A DNA stretch of 64,000 nt from Limnohabitans sp. Its GTDB lineage: Bacteria > Pseudomonadota > Gammaproteobacteria > Burkholderiales > Burkholderiaceae_C. Below the pieces are notes generated by a model that saw only the letters and a list, made by a program, of their open reading frames with translations, was not told the origin of the DNA and searched no databases. Positions 61,922 to 64,000 of the stretch are shown here, piece after piece. Positions within the stretch are counted from its first letter, which is position 1. Each line of letters begins with the position of its first letter. The DNA is taken from the NCBI RefSeq assembly GCF_031539105.1, contig NZ_JAVKLM010000009.1, positions 83,387 through 147,386 on the forward strand, read 5' to 3'. The position numbers and the translations under genes are program-made.

Positions 61922-62893
61922 TTATTGCAAGGCTTGAACGCCTGCCACCAACCAGCCCAAGCTGCCGTCTTTGGGCTTGGTCATGTTCCACACTTCGCGG
62001 AACGGTGTGGGGCCAGAGGATGGCTCCTCACGGATCAGGCCCGAGAACTCCACGCTGGCCATGTAAGTGTTGCCCACCTCTTCGATGCCCAGGAGGTGCG
62101 CATCGAGCATGACCACTTCGGTGTGGTTCAGTTGGCCATTGGCTGTGGCTTCACGCTCAGCCAATTGGGCTTTGATTTCGTCCAACATGCTGTCGGTCAT
62201 CATCACACGCAGGGCAGAGATATCAGAGCGGTCCCAGGCGTTTTGCAAGGTCATGAAGTTTTGCTTGGCCGCGTTGACAAAGCCTGCGGTATCAAAGTCA
62301 GCAGGGATGCCCCAAGTTTGGCTGCCACCCAAGGCAGAACCAATCATGGAGCCGCCGGCTGCAGGGGAAAAGTTGGCTTGCGTGTCCGTTGGACGAGCTG
62401 ACGAATCGTTACCCACGTTCTTGGGGTTGTACTGCGGCAATGTGCTGGGGTTGGCGGGAGCGCCAGCGCCTTCGAAGGCGTAAGGGCTGGTGTTGCTGGC
62501 TTCAGGCTGTTGGCGGCGACGCATGATGGCACCAATGACCATCATCACGACCAAGGCCAACACGCCAAACATCAAGAACTGACCAAACTCAGCACCAAAG
62601 CCCATGGAGTGAGCCAGCCAAGCGAGGCCCAAACCGGCAGCCAAACCACCGAGCATGCCGCCCATGCCACCAAAGCGGCTAGGCGCAGCAGCAGGAGCTG
62701 CAGGCGCGTGCGGTGCGGCAGCTGGAGCCGCATTGGGCGTGGCAGCAGGTGCAGGCTTGGCAGCTTCACGCTGCGTCACGTTGCTGGACTGCTGGCCCAT
62801 CGATTTGCCACCGCCCAAGCGCTTAGCAGCTTCGGCATGCATGGTGGCAAAAGCCATGGCCACCACAAAAATAGCTGTGAAAATTTTCTTCAT
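61922..62893 (-). CDS. Tim44-like domain protein
   Basis: Signal/anchor, Ala/Pro-rich linker, TM, and a C-terminal Tim44-like domain (FVNAAKQNFMTLQNAWDRSD...WLVAGVQ). Confidence 0.8.
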   Translation of the reverse strand: MKKIFTAIFVVAMAFATMHAEAAKRLGGGKSMGQQSSNVTQREAAKPAPAATPNAAPAAAPHAPAAPAAAPSRFGGMGGMLGGLAAGLGLAWLAHSMGFGAEFGQFLMFGVLALVVMMVIGAIMRRRQQPEASNTSPYAFEGAGAPANPSTLPQYNPKNVGNDSSARPTDTQANFSPAAGGSMIGSALGGSQTWGIPADFDTAGFVNAAKQNFMTLQNAWDRSDISALRVMMTDSMLDEIKAQLAEREATANGQLNHTEVVMLDAHLLGIEEVGNTYMASVEFSGLIREEPSSGPTPFREVWNMTKPKDGSLGWLVAGVQALQ

Positions 62894-62920
62894 CGCGTCG
62901 TCTCCTGTTGTCTCAATCGT

Positions 62921-63652
62921 TCAGCACTTGATTCCAACATGAAGTGCGACCACGCCGGCGCTCATGTTGTGAAAGTCCACATGGCCAAAGCCATTTTGTT
63001 TCATGAGGGATTTCAATTCCTCTTGGCCGGGATGCATGCGAATAGATTCGGCCAAATATTGGTAGCTCGATGCGTCGCCCGCAATCATCTGACCCAGCTT
63101 GGGCAAGATGTTGAAGGAATACCAGTCATAGGCCTTCTCCAGTGGCTTAGCCACCTTGGAGAACTCCAACACCAAAAGCTTGCCTTGGGGTTTGAGCACG
63201 CGGCACATTTCGCGCAAAGCGGCGTCTTTGTGCGTCATGTTGCGCAGGCCAAAGGCCACACTGACCACGTCAAAGTGGTTGTCGGGGAAAGGCAGTTTTT
63301 CGGCATCGCACACCAAGGTGGGCAAGACCATGCCGTGGTCAAGCAAACGGTCACGGCCGGTACGCAGCATGGCTTCGTTGATGTCGGTGTGCACCACGCG
63401 GCCGGTTGTTCCCACTTTTTTGGCAAAGGCCATGGCCAAATCACCCGTGCCACCTGCGATGTCGAGCACTTGCGAGCCCTCGCGCAAGTCAGCCACCATG
63501 ACGGTGTAGCGCTTCCATATGCGGTGCAGGCCGGCGGACATGAGGTCATTCATCACATCGTATTTGGACGCGACCGAATCAAACACGCCACGGACGTGTT
63601 TGGCTTTTTCTTTTTCGTCGACGGTTTTGAAACCGAAATGGGTGCTGCTCAT
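62921..63652 (-). CDS. ubiE: Ubiquinone/menaquinone biosynthesis C-methyltransferase
   Basis: [38 protein letters not shown]. Confidence 0.96.
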   Translation of the reverse strand: MSSTHFGFKTVDEKEKAKHVRGVFDSVASKYDVMNDLMSAGLHRIWKRYTVMVADLREGSQVLDIAGGTGDLAMAFAKKVGTTGRVVHTDINEAMLRTGRDRLLDHGMVLPTLVCDAEKLPFPDNHFDVVSVAFGLRNMTHKDAALREMCRVLKPQGKLLVLEFSKVAKPLEKAYDWYSFNILPKLGQMIAGDASSYQYLAESIRMHPGQEELKSLMKQNGFGHVDFHNMSAGVVALHVGIKC

Positions 63653-63665
63653 ATTTGTAATGGTA

Positions 63666-64000
63666 TCAATGCGCGTGTGTGCTACAGCCTGCGCCAGCTT
63701 TTTCAGGCATGGCGGCGTCGCGGTCCGTGCCGGCTAGCTGCAAGCGACGTTCATAGTCGGCCCAGAGTTGGTCTTGCTCAGAGCCCAAGAAATACAGGTA
63801 TTCCCAAGTGAACAAGCCGCTGTCGTGGCCGTCGCTGAAGGTCGGCTTGATGGCGTAGTTACCAATGGGCTCTAGGCCTTCGAGCTCGACCAAGCGCTTG
63901 CCCGTTTGCAACACCTCTTGACCTGGGCCGTGGCCCTGCACTTCAGCCGAGGGGCTGTAGACGCGCATCAACTCAAACGGAATGCGAAACGCTGCGCCAT
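63666..64000 (-). CDS. DUF971 (gamma-butyrobetaine hydroxylase N-terminal-like) protein, 5' end off the right edge
   Basis: [14 protein letters not shown]...[24 protein letters not shown]. The frame stays open to the window end (AAFRIPFE upstream). Confidence 0.7.
   Translation of the reverse strand, partial: GAAFRIPFELMRVYSPSAEVQGHGPGQEVLQTGKRLVELEGLEPIGNYAIKPTFSDGHDSGLFTWEYLYFLGSEQDQLWADYERRLQLAGTDRDAAMPEKAGAGCSTHAH

Noticed and set aside
62510-63811. 433-aa ORF on the plus strand spanning the Tim44-like and ubiE genes.
   Set aside because: It is antisense to two genes with strong family motifs. Its composition is Ala/Gly/His/Arg-rich with no motifs, typical of a shadow ORF in GC-rich DNA.

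Overview
The window reads as a Betaproteobacteria (Burkholderiales / Comamonadaceae-like) chromosomal segment. That placement is an inference from roughly 60% G+C, gene content and synteny (ccmABC; serS-ispH-slpA; DUF3460-scpA-panBC; grxC-secB-gpsA; ubiE-Tim44-ubiJ-ubiB); no search was run. It is densely coding and mostly housekeeping. Contents include four aminoacyl-tRNA-related genes (serS, metG, aspS, tRNA-Ser), a complete periplasmic Cys-type formate dehydrogenase locus with a long accessory module (apbC, DUF3305, DUF3306, polyferredoxin, TorD-like, TAT-target peptide, fdhABC, fdhD), katG, two SulP/STAS transporters, ubiquinone genes and pantothenate genes. I saw no rRNA, CRISPR array, transposase or integrase. 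The best candidate for an undescribed system is an AT-richer three-gene operon (4272-8714, minus strand) next to the 3' end of tRNA-Ser(CGA). It encodes a Sec-exported TPR-CHAT caspase-like protease, a small exported beta-rich protein, and a zinc-ribbon/coiled-coil four-TM membrane protein. A CLC-F-like antiporter gene follows 18 nt downstream. Other notable items: a hicAB module sharing a canonical LexA box with a divergent, apparently leaderless Y-family polymerase gene; two long hairpins between panC and gpsA with a near-identical 28-nt loop but unrelated stems; an 11-bp perfect stem covering the katG translation-initiation region; a decayed ABC-ATPase remnant; a short BLUF photoreceptor. 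Coordinates of coding features follow the supplied ORF track. Starts were moved inward where conserved N-termini or RBS spacing argue for it. Family names come from my reading of motifs, not from database searches.
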